From NCBI RefSeq assembly GCF_001194135.2, contig NC_068988.1, forward strand, positions 82,841,745 through 82,905,744: a stretch of DNA of 64,000 bases, read 5' to 3'. A model generated the notes under the pieces. That model ran no database searches and was not told the origin of the DNA. It saw only the letters and a program-made list of their open reading frames with translations. Positions 1 through 44,600 of this stretch are shown piece after piece. How positions within the stretch are numbered: the first letter of the stretch is position 1; every line of letters starts with the position of its first letter. Made by a program: the position numbers and the translations under genes. This DNA is from Octopus bimaculoides. Lineage: Eukaryota.

Positions 1-267
1 TGACATTACAAGGTAACTGTGAGAGGCTGGATCTGGCCAGTTTGAACATAAAACAGGCAGGATATTTGAGCCAGATATGGCTGGTTTAAATACTAAAGGG
101 TTAATATATAATGATGGAAATATTTTCATGCATAGCCTGGAAGCATTTAGTATTCTCATGTTTGCTACTGGCACAGAACTGGTGCTGCTTTGTTTTCTCT
201 ATTAATTTCAAATGTTCAGTTCACATAAAATAACTGCTATAATCAGAAATTTGATTTATTCCTCTAG

Positions 268-30701
<30,434 letters not shown>

Positions 30702-30985
30702 AGTGTCCAGGCAACTGTCAGCTTTCTCACTAATACCTTCACATCATGGAACAAGTCTCTATAAATGTATCACTTGCTGAACTGTACGACTGACATTTGA
30801 TATAAAGACATGACTGTCATATGATGTCAATATAGTTTCCATATTTTTTTAAATGCTATGTTATATTTGAAACTTCTCAATCAAATTATACCAAATAGAT
30901 CAATGAATATATTTATTTGTACATCCTAGTTACAAACATTTGAAAAATATCAACTCTAAAATGAAGAGCAATTATTATTATTAAA

Positions 30986-30991
30986 AATAAA
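30986..30991 (+). terminator. Putative polyadenylation signal of SFT2D (AATAAA)
   Basis: AATAAA about 285 nt after the stop, followed by a T-rich tract at about 31020-31040; a second AATAAA occurs at 31041. Confidence 0.5.
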
Positions 30992-31551
30992 CATTAAACT
31001 GAATATTTTCTATATCTTGGCTTTTTTTTTTTTAATTTTGAATAAAATAAGATTTTTGTAGATATTCAAAATAAAACTTGGAGTATTTTTTAAAAACTTC
31101 CGTTTGTTTTTTTAATGTTGTATGCATTTATTACATCCTGACTTATGTCCTCAAAGTGGTTATGTAAAAGAGAGAGGAAGGAGAGAGAAAAAAAAGGCCA
31201 TCTCAGCCATTGTACTTTGCAATTTTGTTCAGGTAGCTATTATTTAGAACCAGTCGTCTATAGAGGGAGATTTATTCTCATTCTGTTGAGATATATTTCC
31301 TGCCTATTAGGTCATTTATTTCACTTGAACCAGAGTATGCTATTATTTATTTGACTGACACAGTGATTGAACTTATTAATTGAAGTGAGAATAATAGGCA
31401 GAGTCAAAGATTGCTTGAGGGTAGGTCACATTTTACTTTCTTTTTAAATGTTACACGGAGGGTGTAGATCTCCATAGTGAAGGAGCTATTTAAAGAGCTT
31501 ATTGAAAATAGGAGCACACTGCGCAAGGGTGATTGTTACAACAGACATTCT

Positions 31552-31782
31552 TATTTCTTTATTGCCCACAAGGGGCTACACACAGAGGGGACAAACAAGG
31601 ACAGACAAACGGATTAAGTCAATTATATCGACCCCAGTGCGTAACTGGTACTTATTTAATCAACCCCGAAAGGATGAAAGCAAAGTCGTCCTTGGTGGAA
31701 TTTGAACTCAGAACGTAGTGGCAGACGAAATACTGCTAAGCATTTCGCTCAGCGTGCTAACGATTCTGCCAGCTCGCCGCCT
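31552..31782 (-). mobile_element. Young tRNA-derived SINE (family C) with a perfect 16-bp TSD
   Basis: TSD ttacaacagacattct at 31536..31551 and 31783..31798; head aaggcggcgagctggcagaatcgttagc...gttctgagttcaaattcc. Older copies at about 29445-29625 (-), 43808-43990 (+), 46092-46295 (+) and 54375-54600 (+). Confidence 0.9.
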
Positions 31783-31999
31783 TTACAACAGACATTCTGC
31801 CAGGCTACAGTGGCTGGAGAAGTTTGTAGACTTGGCGATTCTCCATGTAGCTAAGGTGTCAATTGTAGTAATTGTATATCCTTGATATATAGAGCAATGC
31901 TATAGTATTGTACCTTGTTGGGTAAGGTCTGTACTACTAGTATTCCAGTCATGACCACTCTTTTTTTAATGTGCATTTGTAAGGCCTATTCCCCATTTT

Positions 32000-32380
32000 T
32001 TTAAGAGTGGGTAGCCACAGGACACACGCCAGGCATTCCATTCATTTTCCAGCTCTAAGAGGCAAGCCCCGTTCTATGCTTGGATCAAGGCATAGAACAC
32101 AACCCCCAATATCAGCAGCGAGGCCCAAGAGCATTTGCTGGTTTACCCCTGCCACACCATGCTGGTTCCGTACCCCTTTGAGCAACATCAAATTCACTCA
32201 TCCATCCACAAACACTCTTCAAGCTTTCCTATCATTTATGAACTCTCTTGTCTCTCTCACCCCAACACCTCTAACCACCACCAAAGCTTTCCTCACACCA
32301 TCCATCCACACAAACTGAAGTCTGCTGCCTTCATCACCATCTACTCCTCACCCATCATCCTGGGTATGACTATAAACTAC
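32000..32380 (-). mobile_element. 3' end of a second RTE-like LINE family
   Basis: Translation ...WMDGVRKAL..RGVGVRETREFINDRK.. resembles the RTE ORF C-terminus and is followed by a GC-richer 3' UTR. Confidence 0.5.
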
Positions 32381-33913
32381 ATCTGGTAGTGAGGCCCTAG
32401 TTTCAGGGTTTGAGGAGTGTGGAACCACCTCTTAGCCACTATTGTTCCCAGGTCTACTCTGGCCTGGAGTGGTTGCACTTGTAAGGGTCCCAGCTATGGG
32501 TTAACTAGCAAACTCCCCTGCGACTGAGGGGACTGGTAGAATGCAGTTTCCATATTCCCTGCGTGGTTTAAGAGGCAACTAAAAGGGGCCGGAGCAAAGG
32601 GACTGGGAATCCACTCCTAGTAATTTTATATTCTTAAAAAGACAAGGAAAAAGTATCTAAGTTCATTAATGAATCTTTTAAGACAGTGTAGTGTGATTTG
32701 AGGAAGATTTGGGTACTATATGTGTCAAGTTTCGCAATGTCATTGTTTACATCAGCTTTTACTTGCATGAGTTACTGGAGGGTTTTTTTTTTCATTACAG
32801 CTCAGTCAAAGGGCAACAGTTTATATAACTTTACTTAAGTTCTCCAAAACTGCTGAGTTATCCTCAGATTATCTGAATGTTAACAGAGTGAACTCTTATT
32901 CAAGGATCAGGTTGCACTGGTGCTGAACAGAGAAAAATTAAGTCTACCATTCTATAACAGCCCCTCTGACATGTTTTCACAAAGTTTCCATTTACCACCA
33001 AATTTTACTCACTCAAATGATACTTACCCAAGGTATCATGCAGCAGGACCAAACCCAAAGGAAGTAGAAAAAACAAATTATTTGCTCTCTTCCGATGGTC
33101 ATTTCATAAGTTGCAACTAGTAGTCCCCCAAGTATTATAAAACATCTTCCATTCATCACCTGTACAGTTGTTGATGCTTAGAAATTGACAGCAAGTTGAA
33201 GGAACATACTTTGATCTTGGTTTTAATTCCTTGTTTAAATGTCTTGGAGTAAGGTGAAGTATAGTCATATCTATGAAAATAGTAACCTAAATTTCTGTAA
33301 GACTTAGTTGTCTTTCACCCTGACTGTATTTTCTCGTTCATTTTTCATATTCACATCAATCTTTTCATGCTAGCATGGGTTAGATGTACATATGATTGAA
33401 GCATTATTTTAGCCAGATGTTTTTCTTGTCACTAACCCATACCTGTTTTTCAAGAAGGGACATCTTATTCCACATGTCTGAAGGTACAAAGCTAGCAGAT
33501 AATTTGCTGACAGGGAAAATTACATCACTACTTATATAAGCAGAAGTAAATTGTAAGTAATCTTTGCACTAGTTTTAGGATTTATCCCAACTTGGTTACA
33601 TCTAATGCAATGTAAACCAATTACTACAACTGAATGAAATCATGAAGTTGACCTGAAATAAAACAAAATCTCATGAGATATGATTAGAGTAAGAATGTAA
33701 AGAGAATAATTAGATCAGGTCAACTATTAAAATAGTGATTACCATAAGAGACAGAGGTAGAGAAAATTAGTTGTACATGTAAATTAGGCAAATAAACAGC
33801 TAAATTTGAAAGTTTGCATAAAAGGAAAAGAAAATACAATATCCCATCCAAAAATAGTATTTTTTTTTTTAAATCACAAAATATCAACTAGATTATGGCT
33901 GAGGGATAACATT

Positions 33914-34500
33914 TTAATCAAAGTAGCAACCCTCAGCTTCCACAACTGCCTCAAGACAGCTCCAGAACCTGGCACATGCATTCCTCACTGTATCCCTGAG
34001 AAGATCTTCAAACACTTCCTCAGTCTTGGCCACCAGCTCAGCCTTGGTGTGTTGCAGACAGAAGAGTTAATGTCTCTCTCTCATCTGCACTCCACACACA
34101 GTAATCCATGGGATTACAATCAGAGGAATTAGGAGGCCAGAAATTAGAGCTGGTGAAGTTGTAGAAATTCTCCAATAACCACTTCTGGCTCTTTCCAGAG
34201 GTATGGCAAGGAGCCAAATCCTGCTGCCATACATGGACTTCCAGTAGTTTTACATAGCTACCTGAATTGAGCTTAAGACCCTGTTCAAAAATGTAGGGCA
34301 GCATGTTATCACCATCACTGGAGACATCGAAAGACCATGACAGTTTGGGGAATCTTGACATTTGTGACGTCCATGTCATGTCTTACAGCCTTTACAGTGT
34401 TCACAAAGTACTGAGCAGCAGTCCTCATGGTGTCTGCATTTTGATACCTGGCACAAATCAACATGATACACGTAGCTATTTTCCAATATTCAAATGGATT
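33914..34500 (-). mobile_element. Tc1/mariner (maT/DD37D-like) transposase remnant
   Basis: VWQQDLAPCHTSGKSQKWL...FWPPNSSDCNPMDYCVW; C-terminus LEAVVEAEGCYFD*. Boundaries approximate. Confidence 0.85.
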
Positions 34501-35024
34501 TCAGTCTTCCATATCAGCTAATTTTCCTTAACTACAACTTTAAACTTCATGCTCTCCAACACCATTGACTGTTCACCAATACATCAACATGGTTGTACAA
34601 ATAAGATGTTAGCATTGCAAACCATGAGGTTTGGAGTTCAGTCTCAATGCACTGTCTTTGAGCAAGTATCTTCTACTTTAGACCCAGACTGATTGGAAAC
34701 TGAAAGAAACTCACAAATGTGTGTATCCCCCACTCATCTTAACATTACCCACTAATAAGCAAAACATCAAGTCAGTCGTTTGCAATTTTCCATGTAAACA
34801 TATCTATCCATTGTACTGTTTTGTTTGAATAACAAAGGGGAATATTATTGCACTTGGAAACAGATGAGAGGTGATAGACCTCAGCAAGAATGTAAAAAGC
34901 AAAATGTAAAACAACAATAAGGATTTTGATAAGCAAAGAAAAAAATATTTTTATGACATGTAACTATATACATGCACAAACAAACAAAAAAACAACTCCA
35001 CTAAAACATAGTCAAGAAATAATA

Positions 35025-35030
35025 TTTATT
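35025..35030 (-). terminator. Putative polyadenylation signal of eIF2-gamma (AATAAA on - strand)
   Basis: tttatt on the + strand about 180 nt past the stop; a GT/T-rich downstream element at about 34980-34996 (reverse complement of caaacaaaaaaacaac). Confidence 0.6.
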
Positions 35031-35210
35031 AAACTGCTTCTGTGGTTGCATATTAGCAATGTCAGGCAATAAACCATGAAAATTTTGCACTTATTGCAAG
35101 TTATAGATGTCAAATGTTCTCTCAGAAAAATCTCGTTGCCAGTCCTAAGTAAGGGGAGGCATCAATTACATTTACATAGTTAAGAGTCTACCGATATGGT
35201 AATTGTAAGC

Positions 35211-35274
35211 TCACTCATCAGGACCAACGGGCTTTACTGTCAAACCACGACGAATTTGTCCCCAGCCAATTAAT
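35211..35274 (-). CDS. EIF2S3: eIF2-gamma exon 13 (64 nt) (R)[20 protein letters not shown]
   Basis: ttttgtag| acceptor; TGA stop at 35213-35211. Confidence 0.97.
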
Positions 35275-38200
35275 CTACAAAAGAAAAGATTCACCAGTTT
35301 AATTTAAGAAATATCGATTAATTTTGAAGAATCATCAATCTCATAAAATAAAAAAATGACATCATGAAGATTCTGATAAATTTTAGTTTTACCTCCAATG
35401 CTTTTCAACTCTCCGACTCAGAGCAATTTTCTCACCAATCTCTGTACAAACAGGTGAAGTCAGAACAATTTTAGCCAAATCAGCTTTTACAGCCAAAACT
35501 CTCCCACCAGTTGATAAAGAACCTATGTTTACCATTAAAGTTTCATTCTTAGCCAATTTTTGGACCTGAAAAATAAGAAACACGAATGAAAACCAAAGAA
35601 CATCAACTAAAAAGCTTTTTGGAGAATACTGTTCCACATATTTCTAATGACTTCTCCAACAACTAGCCAACACTTAAACCTAAAGTATTAAATTGCTTCA
35701 CATTCTAGCAATAATACCAAATGATATTTTGCTTATCTTTTAGTTTAAAACAAGTGATCCAAACATGAACTTTCACCCAATCAACAAGTTAAATACAAAT
35801 TATTATAAACAAGCTTTAATTTTTTCTCATGTAAAAAAAAAAAAAATCTATAATCTGTTTGTTGCTTAACTTTTTTCTTTTATATGTTTCTATTATTGAA
35901 TTGTGACCCATGCTGGCACACCACCTTCAGGGGTTTAGTCAGACAAATTGACCCCAACATATAGTTTACAACTGGTACTTATTCTATGGATCGTTTTTGA
36001 CAAATTGCTAAGTTACAGGAATGTAAACAAACCAACACCACTTGTCAAGCAGTGGAGAGGACCAAACACACACTATATATAGGCATGTCTCTTATATCCA
36101 TGCCCCCTCCCCCAACACCCAGCCTGCACATAATCTGTCCCTAGCAAACTTCTCTCCTACATCCCATCTTCCCAACTCCCTTCCCTCTCTCCCAATCTCC
36201 CCTGTTGAATCTGTTCCCCCACAACATATTCTAACAACCCATCCGTCTGTTTCTGTCCACTTACTACATTCTCTCCCCTTCACCTCCCACTCTCCTTTTG
36301 CAATCTTACAAACTTATCTACTCACTCACCATATCTAATCCTTGATCTTACATATGCACCTCCCTGTAATTTGAGTGTACCCACCCCATCGCATCATCAC
36401 CCCTCTCTCTGCTACTGAGATAGCCATATATCTTCTTTACTGCAAGATGCCTATTTCTGTCCCTCGGACTCTAACCTCTCATCTGGCACAAAACCACTTT
36501 TCGCAATACTACTCAGTTGCGGGATCTTGTCTTGTTAATTATTTAGTGACCTCATTGTTGTTCGTGTCATGTAAAAAGCACCCAGTAAACTCTAAGTGGT
36601 TGGCATTAGGAAGGCCATCTAATTATAGAAATCATGCCAATGCAAACAGAGTTTGACAGTCTTCTAGCTTACCAGCTCCCCTCAAACCATCCAACCCATG
36701 CCAACATGGAAAACAGATGTTAAATGAAGATGATGATGTGATCATACATAGATACACACATATACTACAGGATTTCACACAGCTTCAATCTACCAAATTC
36801 ATTCATAAAGCATTGGTCAGTCCAGGACTATAGGAGAAGATACCTGCCCAAGATACCATGTAGTGGGACTCACAAACCACTGAGCAAAGTGAGCTTCTTA
36901 ATACCAACTATATTGGTCACTTTTATTTTGTTATTAAGCTTGAATAAATGAGGACAAAGAGCAGAAGGCATCATACTGAGTGACTAATTCTTCAGTGATA
37001 CAGCAAATCTTACTTGATTAACAGATTTCAGTTAGAACAGCAAGCAGATCAAGACCTCTTGCTTTTACCACATTTTCTCTCTTTTATTAATTTCTAAAAC
37101 GCACAAAATTAAATAGTTTTGAAACTGAAATTAATAATTTTTTATTAAAGAAATGCCTAGTTAAATAATATTCAACTTCGTGAAATAAATAAACCAACAT
37201 TGATCTACAATAGAGAAATGTTCTTTACAATGCTAAAACATGAAAGAAAATTTCGTCACTAGTTTCCTTGGGGAAGAATTTTACTGCAACAATGGGAACC
37301 CTTAACTTGGTCCTAATAGTTATTAAATACATATTAAGCTGGCCACACTTTATTTGCAATTCTAACACAAGGTGTAAATGACAAACCTTTGCTCCTTTCT
37401 TGTCACCTTCAGTTTTCACACCCAATAATCGGCGGAGCAAAAAGTAAGATATTTCCAATTCTGTATAAATTTCTGGTAAGACACCAACACCTCCTAATAC
37501 TTGCCCCACCATTCTATCAGCACGGCATAATGTTGGGTCAATTTTTGTTCCAACACCTACAAGAAAAAAAAAAAAAAAATCAGTATACATAAAATTAAGA
37601 ATGCATTTAGTGAAATTAGAGATTACAAATTAATAAGCATTATTTTTGAAATTACTTTCTGAATTAAAAACTTTATACTAAATATATATTCAGACACAAA
37701 AACTGGTTTAACCACATTAATCTACATTCCAAATCCCAGCTAATAATGACATATTTTATGAAATTCTTCATTACTTCCAAAATAAATTGTAACAAAAGGG
37801 TTAAAGTGAAATTTATAAATGGAAGCTAAAAACCTCAATGGAATGCACAGAAATAGCTCTACATTTAGAACATAAAACATTTTAGGTTGAAGAAATAGAA
37901 AACCTTTTTATGACTTTATTTCTACACACGTAAATCCAATAAATGTCCAAACAAATGATATGAAGTGAATTTAGTCAAATAAACTGGAGCTATTTCTATT
38001 TTTTACTAAGAAGACATCAACTATGATTTTATATAAACACTTCAACATTTACCAGTTTTATGGTGGACACAGAAAGAGTTAAAACTTTAGAGAAATATTT
38101 CTAAAAATTTCACAAAATAAATTATACCTATTAAACCACCAGGAACTGCATATTGTAAATCATTTTGCTCAGCAAAAAGTGACAGAATTCTGGATAAAAT

Positions 38201-41200
38201 AGGTTTACATGACAGTTGGCCATCCTTTTCTTTGCTTACTATTCCAGGCCGTACTTCAATTTCTTGTCCAACCTGAAATATAAATATCAAATTAATACAA
38301 ACAGTGATATTTCTTTTGACTAGCATCATCTGAAACTATGTCAACTCATTCATTCATGTCTGTTTTTTCACACTAGCAAGGATTAGAATTAAATGAATGT
38401 ATTGAGGCATTGTTTTATAGCTGGATGCCCTTCCTGTCACTAACCTTTACCCGTTTACCAACTAAAGGATCTTTTATTTCACAAGTCTTCAAACATGCAA
38501 AGTCAGTGGATGATGTGTCAACAGGGAAATGACAATATTTACCACTTATAGTTTGAATTTTTCATGCAAGAACAAGAAATTGATAAAATCTGCAAATGCT
38601 TGGGATGTTATATGTTCTGGTGAGGACTATGTGATAGAGCTACTTTAGAACACAGTTCTGATATTATGTGTTGTCTGTTTTCTTGTTGTAGATATCTGAC
38701 CTTACCATTTGTTTGATGTTGGCTGCAGATCTTGTATGATGGGCTAAGTATCTGTTATTCAGGGATATATATATCAACTCATTTCTTCTGCATAAGCTAA
38801 TGTATCTACAGACTGTATTTACCCAATGTTATAGGTATTTGATGATTACTTTCTTAACAGTGGATGCTGTTTACCTTTTACACCGAACAATAAATATTTG
38901 TTGTTGTTGATCAGTTTGGAGTTTCTGCGTTCGGTCCTCTTCCAATTTAATGTAGGAGAGTTAGGTGTATATCTAAAGATATATAACCCACTCTCCTAAA
39001 GTGGTGACCCCGACGTTGATTTGTTCATACAGCCCAACTTGAAAAGTTCACATAACTTTCCAAAAATGGTGACTAAATGCCAGTAATAGACCAACTGTTC
39101 TTTAAGTCTTTTTCACTACAATTTTTTTTTTTCCTTATTTCGTCTGTTTGCCTTCGACAAACCGACTGGTGCGAGGCTAGTGTAGTGAGACTACCTATCG
39201 TCACTAGATACAAAACTACTATCGCCATTACATACAATCTTATTTAAATATAAATAAATGCGAGCGTAGTAGAGAACCCATTCCTTGTCATCAAGTGACT
39301 GATTATTATTCGAATCGGCAACTTCTTCGAACCTTTCCCGCCAGAANNNNNNNNNNNNNNNNNNNNNNNNNNNNNNNNNNNNNNNNNNNNNNNNNNNNNN
39401 NNNNNNNNNNNNNNNNNNNNNNNNNNNNNNNNNNNNNATATATCTTTAGATATACACCTAACTCTCCTACATTAAATTGGAAGAGGACCGAACGCAGAAA
39501 CTCCAAACTGATCAACAACAACAAATATTTATTGTTTGGTGTAAAAGGTAAACAGCATCTAATTGTCCGGTTTTAGAGTAGCCTGAAATGTAGTTGTACG
39601 GTTCTTCATGCTGGTGTCGTTATAAAGACAACTTGGTTCAACCACATTCAAATGGGAGAGCTTGCTTAGACGTCTTGCTTGGTCGCTGTCTGCCTTGGTA
39701 AGAGACAGAATCGAAGCGGGAACGCTTCGATGTTTAAACCCACGCATGCGTGGTTAAAGATTCAGCAATGGCGCCTATGCTTTTTTGGCGCTAATATGAC
39801 GTCACTACACACTGATATCCCAATTGACTCCAGCCCTTTCCTTTTCACTAATATATCCAAGAAAGACAGTTGGCTGTTGCTCTTTTCTTTTCACACTAAA
39901 CAAGATTAATGTATGAGTTGAGTCCATCTGGTCTACAACTTGGAGGTGCTCTGAAGTGTTGCAAGGCTACAAAGGTGTCACCTTCAAAACTGCAGGTTTC
40001 AGTGTTGTATTTTCTCGAGTTAAATCTTCAGAACAGTCCACGTAGATACTTGCCATGAGATGGTGATAATGGAGCACCCATAGCCATCCCACCCACCTGC
40101 AGGCAAATTTTATTTTAAATTTGGAAGTTAGTAGTTGTTAGGCACACCGGTGACATCTCCATGATATTATCAACTGGTATTTTTGCATGTTAGTGAAAAC
40201 TTGGGGCCTTTTATAGTCAAGTTCTGACAACCAACAATACTTCATCTGCTGGAACCAGTATAAAAGGTTCACCACATAAAAGTTATCATTCAATACATGT
40301 GTGGTAAGTTCTAGACATCAAACATGATGCATTGAACAAGTCACACTATAAAGTGTGCCAATTTTTTCCCATATGAAAGTGGTACTCTACTATGGCTTGA
40401 ACCATAATGGCTAAAACAAACTAAAGAACCAAAGAATATGTAAAGAAATCCTCCTTGTGGGGCTATATTAATAGAAAACTTTACTCCTGACTCTTACTTG
40501 TACTGCCATTCGAATTAACATTCCAATACAAAATAATTAACAAACCATTGATAAACCATCTTTTTTCTGTTCATATAAAGTGTACATTTATTTTTAACAC
40601 GTTTATGTACACTCAAACGTAAAAAGACCATCACTGTGGTAACTGTCCCACAAGAGAGAGATGGAGTATGAATAACATTATTGGAGTGTAGGACACACGT
40701 TTCTGCATGGTTACAGTTCATCAGCCAGACACTGAATCCACCACCCATGGCCTACTAAGAACTGCAGTTCTTATGTATAAATAGCAAATTAATAAATTGA
40801 AGGCTTACTGGGCATCAAAATTGTATGTGTATGAGAGGGCCAAGAAAATGTCCGGTTCTACTACATAGACACCTAAAACAAAAAATAGCTAAAGTGTGGT
40901 ACAATCTAATAGGTTCTAATCACTTGTAAGTAGACATGCATTGTTAGGTATATGTACATGTAAGCACATAAATAAATATATATATTTATGTATACACATG
41001 CATGTACATGTGTGTATGTATATATATCTGCATATTATTAAGTCTACATCATTGGTCTCTTTGACAGCCTCATGTCCCTTGGACATCTCCATCACCCTTT
41101 TCATCACATATACTTCTGATGTCTATTGTCCATGTCCTTATCCCTTATGCCCTATTGCTCATCTCTCAATCACTCCCTTCCAATGCCCCATTAAGTGTGG

Positions 41201-41611
41201 GATCAAGAGGTGCCTTTAATCTAGCTGAAGACATGACAAATTCCCTAGTGCTGTTGCTATGAGGAAATGCACCAAATACACCCTATAATGGGGCCGGTGA
41301 TAGGAAGAGTATCTTGCTATAGAAACCAATCTAATGACGAAAAACTCAAGACTTGATCCTCTGACTCACTAAGAAGTGTAGTAATATCCATAGAAATGGA
41401 TGTAAAACAATGATGATATCTGTATGCAGGCATGTGTGTTATCTTAACAGGTGAAAGATACAAAGTGACTCAAGTGCCAAGAGTTTCTGTATAGCACTTG
41501 ATAGGTGCCCTTGAGTCACTTTATAACTTCTACCAGTTACAATAATGAAATATTCGTGCATTGAGTTTTATTTATCTTGTTTTTGAACCAAACCCATACA
41601 TGTATGTTTAT

Positions 41612-41663
<52 letters not shown>

Positions 41664-44600
41664 GCAAACATGCATGCATAAATAGATATCAATTCAAAAT
41701 TACCTTCAAAACTCCTTTTAAAATACTACCACCAGCAACACCCCCTTTCACTTCATTCACTTCACAGCCTGGTTTATTGACATCAAAGGATCGAATAACT
41801 GGAAATAAAAGAAATACATTGTTTATAAATTTGAGGTATCAGATGAGATTTTGTAAAAAATCAAACTAATTAAATTTCTTAGAGAACTCCACAACACAAT
41901 TTATGAAAACATACAAAACAGGATTGTAATCAAACAAGCATAATTAATATGTTGAATAGTAACTTACCTATTAATCTTGGTTCTGATTTAAAGTCTCTCA
42001 AAGGGACAGGTATTTTTTTATCAATATATTCGCATACAACATCAATATTATATTTCAACTGAGCAGATACAGGTATGATAGGGGCACCCTCAGCTATCGT
42101 GCCTGTAAAGGTAAAGAAAGAAGTATGATATTTGCTTTGTAATAAAGAGACAAATTATAACCAACAACATTTGAATTAACATGTTTGAATAAAGAATACT
42201 TTGAAGGGAAATGAAATGAATGATAGAAGAAATTCTCAAATAACACTATTTTATGAAATATCTTTCCTTGCATTATCATATCAACAGATGACCTACTTCA
42301 GAAACACAATGTGTTGGTCACGGAATTTCTCTGAAAGAATTCATAAGTATTCCTATTGCCTCTTTTGGGTGCTTTTCACAAAATACTATCTGGCTGTCTG
42401 TTGCCAAGAATAAGAGAAAAAAAATTACCCCAAAAGGATGAACGCCAAGTGTATGGTAACAGGGTTTGATCTTCTTTCTACCAATTTGCATCATTATATG
42501 TAATGTACAGATCAGATATTTTGTTTGGCTGTACTGACTATCTTTCAATTTCTAAAAAGGAATTTATTTGACCCTTTTGATTCCAACTGATTTGAAACCG
42601 CTCCACTGATTCTAAGGTACAAATTCCCTGCTTTAAAATTATCTAAATTTTAAAAATTCCATCAAAATTTCATGTTAATTTATGTTCCAAATACCAACTT
42701 GATTAATATCAAAGTTATTTAATTGAATTCATTATTTTCATAATTAATTGAAGCAAAGACAGCATATTTCATTAGAAATATAGTAATAAATGGGTTAATA
42801 AGGTTGCATTATTTTCTTAGACAAAAATTTCCAACAGAATTTTCCAAACCAAACAATGAAAGGTGGTGGTGGTGGTGGTGGTGAGAGAATCAAGAGAGTT
42901 TTGGATAAAATACCTGTACATCTCTTTATATTTTGAATTCAAATCCTGCCCATGTCAAGTTTGCCTTTTGTCTTTCTCTTGTTTTAGGAGTTTTTGCTGA
43001 CTGTATTATTATAGTCAACAAAATCTCTTTAAAACAAGCTACAGTCTAATGGCTGACACCAGTAAAAAGAATAAAAGAATGCAATAAAATAACAGTCCAA
43101 GAGTCACTTACCTTTTACAAAAGCTAAAATCTGCTCGTATTGCTCCTTGGCTTGGGATTCTTTTACCAAATCTATTTTGTTTTGCAAAATAATAATGTGT
43201 TGCAATTTCATAATTTCTATAGCAGCTAAATGTTCTGATGTTTGTGGCTGTGGACACGGTTCATTACCCGCTGGAGACAAATGTAAATAGAAAATATATA
43301 GTACAACAAATAAACTGAGAGAAACATACTGAAAGCGTTTGTTTGAAATTACTAATAAAATACGTTAACCCTTTTGATACCAACCTAACTGAGAATGGCT
43401 TATGAGACAAGCTTCTTGTTTTAAACTTTAATATAAATTTAAGTTCCAAACACAAGTTTAACCCATCAGCATTCAGGTGATGCTTATTTATTCACAATGC
43501 TTTGTATTAATCATCCATTATGTCAGTTTCATTTTAGGATGACATTATAGGGTAGGTGTGAGATCTGGTCAGTGTGAACAAAAAACAGGTAGAATATTTG
43601 GGCTGGATATGGCCAGTTTAAATGCTGGGTTGGATTGCCTATGTTCAGACCACTGCAGGACAAAGGCTTCAGCATGTTCTCTCCATTACAGAATGGCTTC
43701 AGATCAAACTCGTTTGATGAGCCTACTCTGCCACACCGGCTCAACATGGGTTGGCAGAGGGATGCAGTTTTTTATCTGTCTTTTTCTACTGCTAATATTA
43801 GTGGTCTCAAGAAGGCAGCAAGCTGGCAGAATCATTAGCATGCTGGGCTAAATGCTTAGCAGCATTTCATCTGTCTTTACATTCTGAGTTCAAATTCTGT
43901 CAAGGTCGACTTTGCCTTTCATCCTTTTGGGGTCAATGTAATCAACTTACCCACTCACCCGAAATAGCTCTAGCCTTGTATCAAAATTTGAAAACCAATA
44001 TTAATGGTCTCAGGACTGGGCTAGCTGGTCTCGTACAACTTCCACTAAGGCCTGACTCATTCATTGCATACTGCAATTGTCCAGCTAGACCTTGCACTAG
44101 CCAATTCTGAAATTTTATCTCTGGTCATGTTTTTTCCAGTGCTAACTGACATGCAATTGTTAAAAGAAAACTGACTATTTAAACCTCGCATATCTCAAAG
44201 AGCCTGTAAAGGATATGAGGAACAGCCCTTTCCTCCAGACCAAAGCAGTTTAAAAAATATTCAAGAATGCTTGAAGTCAGTCTAGTTACATTAAGGTATC
44301 AAGAGCTGTGTGTAAAGTGTGTTAGCTGCCAGTAAGGAATTCAAAAGATTAACCCTTTAGCATGTAAACTGACCTAAACATCCTACTTGTTTTATGTTTG
44401 AACCAATCGGATCTGGACCCTCACACTTATCCAACTATGTCATTCTAAAAATATACAATCATATCATTGAAATCCCAAAGTAATGAGATAATGCATGATT
44501 AATTCAAAACAGTGTGAATAGATAAGCATAACATTTGACAGAATAATCTGAAGGCTAAAGGGTTAAATATATCATCAACCTCACTTGTTTGATGCTGGTA

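Noticed and set aside
35275-35392. Possible C/D snoRNA in the short last intron of eIF2-gamma (ATGATGT and TTGATGA on the - strand)
   Set aside because: No downstream CTGA D box and no terminal stem. Other introns were scanned near the acceptors without finding a convincing C/D or H/ACA layout, though a covariance-model search was not possible.
41745-41762. CEVNEVKGG versus the usual CEVDDLKGG; AAT could be restored to Asp by A-to-I editing
   Set aside because: The 5' neighbour is G, which ADAR disfavours, and there are no RNA data; too speculative.
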